Shown piece by piece: positions 30,657 through 32,000 of a stretch of 32,000 nucleotides of DNA. Made by a program: the position numbers and the translations under genes. Source of the DNA: Halobacillus litoralis (GTDB taxonomy: Bacteria > Bacillota > Bacilli > Bacillales > Halobacillaceae); the NCBI RefSeq assembly GCF_009856355.1, contig NZ_WMEW01000003.1, positions 73,693 through 105,692 on the forward strand. Direction: 5' to 3'. The stretch's first letter is position 1, and the number at the start of each line of letters is the position of its first letter. Below the pieces are notes generated by a model. It was given only the letters and a program-made list of their open reading frames with translations, made no database searches and was not told the DNA's origin.

Positions 30657-32000
30657 GAAAGAGCTCCTTTCCAAGCTGTTTTCAGCACAGATGTCTGTTC
30701 CTCCATCACAACGTCTTTCTGCTTCACTATATACATGCCGTCCCCTGTCACCGTTCCGATTTCACGCGCTCCGGCAGCCGCCTGTTCAAACGCTTCTTTA
30801 TTTTCCGGACGGATGGTTACAAGAAAGCGGGACTGGGTTTCTGCGAAAAGCGCGGACGTGAGGTCGCCCTCGAGCGTGACGTCACAGCCAAGTTCCTGAT
30901 CAAATAGAGTTTCCGCCAGAGCTACAGCCAGCCCTCCTTCGGAAACGTCGTGTGCGGACTCGACAAGGCCTGAACGAATGGCTGTCAGCAGCTGGTTCTG
31001 GCGCTGCGCTTCGATTTCCAAATCCAATTCCGGTGCTTTCCCGAAATGACGTCCTTCCAACAATCCCTGCAGTTCACTTCCGCCGAATTCCGCTTTAGTT
31101 TCACCGATGACATAAAGGAGATCACCGGCGGCTTTGGCATGCGAGCGGGTAATATGGCTGATATCCTCAATTAAACCGACCATACCGACAATCGGCGTTG
31201 GATAGATGGCCTGTCCGCCGAACGATTCATTGTAAAGACTGACGTTCCCGCTGATGACCGGAGTGCCGAGGGTGCGGCAGGCCTCACTCATGCCGTCGAC
31301 GCTTTTTTCCATCTGCCAGAAAATTTCCGGGTTTTCCGGAGATCCGTAGTTGAGGCCGTCCGTAATGCCTAGCGGCCGTCCGCCGGAGCAGACGATGTTG
31401 CGTGCCGCTTCCGCCACGGCAATCTGACCTCCCACTTCCGGATCGAGGTAAATGTACCGGGAGTTACAATCGGTCGTCATCGCAAGCGCCTTGTTCGTTC
31501 CACGCACACGCAGAACCGCGGCATCAGAACCCGGGGAGACGACCGTATTCGTCTGGACCATGTAATCGTACTGGTCATACACCCACTCTTTACTGGCGAT
31601 CGTCGGCTGCTGCAGAAGCTCAAGCAGGGTCTTCGTATAATCCGACACCACCGGCTTGTAATCCTCCATACGTTGAAACTCTTCATAGTAACCAGGCACC
31701 CGGGACGGCTGATGGTACACGGGAGCATCCTCTGCAAGGGAATCGACCGGAACATCGGCAGCTACTTCGCCGTGATGTTCCAGGCGGAATCGTTTCGTAT
31801 CGGTCACCTCACCGACCGCAACGGCTTCAAGATCATACTTCCGAAAGACAGCGGCAATTTCCTCTTCCCTGCCCTTCTCTACAACTAAAAGCATCCGTTC
31901 CTGTGATTCCGAGAGCATCATCTCATAAGCCGTCATATTCTCCTCGCGCTGTGGAATGTGATCCAGATTCATCGTCATACCAGTCCCTGCTTTACTTGCC
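30632..32000 (-). CDS. purL: Phosphoribosylformylglycinamidine synthase subunit PurL (C-terminal part; 5' end outside window)
   Basis: The frame stays open to the window edge (...[40 protein letters not shown]...), so the ATG at 31978 is internal. It overlaps the purF start by 25 nt. Confidence 0.95.
   Translation of the reverse strand, partial: ASKAGTGMTMNLDHIPQREENMTAYEMMLSESQERMLLVVEKGREEEIAAVFRKYDLEAVAVGEVTDTKRFRLEHHGEVAADVPVDSLAEDAPVYHQPSRVPGYYEEFQRMEDYKPVVSDYTKTLLELLQQPTIASKEWVYDQYDYMVQTNTVVSPGSDAAVLRVRGTNKALAMTTDCNSRYIYLDPEVGGQIAVAEAARNIVCSGGRPLGITDGLNYGSPENPEIFWQMEKSVDGMSEACRTLGTPVISGNVSLYNESFGGQAIYPTPIVGMVGLIEDISHITRSHAKAAGDLLYVIGETKAEFGGSELQGLLEGRHFGKAPELDLEIEAQRQNQLLTAIRSGLVESAHDVSEGGLAVALAETLFDQELGCDVTLEGDLTSALFAETQSRFLVTIRPENKEAFEQAAAGAREIGTVTGDGMYIVKQKDVVMEEQTSVLKTAWKGALSCLVKSKA

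Overview
This window is a mostly housekeeping chromosomal segment of a Bacillaceae-type Firmicute, with nearly all genes on the minus strand. Acidic proteins hint at a halophile, but I cannot verify that here. Read right to left on the minus strand, the order is: purL(partial)-purF-purM-purN-purH-purD | yerA-yerB-yerC | YitT-like membrane protein | pcrB-pcrA-ligA-camS | orphan GH32 beta-fructosidase | 1-pyrroline-5-carboxylate dehydrogenase | tiny TM ORF + putP-type Na+/proline symporter | gatC-gatA-gatB | dagK | rlmCD | DUF2187-like protein | lipoprotein | partial ORF. One small plus-strand gene lies between yerA and purD. From memory, this mirrors the Bacillus subtilis pur - yerABC - pcrB/pcrA/ligA/yerH - opuE - gatCAB - dagK - rlmCD neighbourhood. 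I found no rRNA, tRNA, CRISPR array, transposase, integrase, phage gene or recognisable defence gene, and no clear novel multi-gene system. The most unusual content is non-coding. A ~135-nt imperfect-palindrome repeat occurs three times (11272-11406 +, 13777-13911 -, 20945-21079 +). Its predicted helices carry compensatory substitutions while its internal-loop sequences are invariant. Two inverted copies bracket the GH32 gene, next to a ~470-nt gene-free, densely structured tract (11407-11873). This repeat family, a candidate structured RNA or an ERIC/REP-like element, is the best lead. All start-site refinements, folds, alignments and promoter/terminator calls were made by eye.
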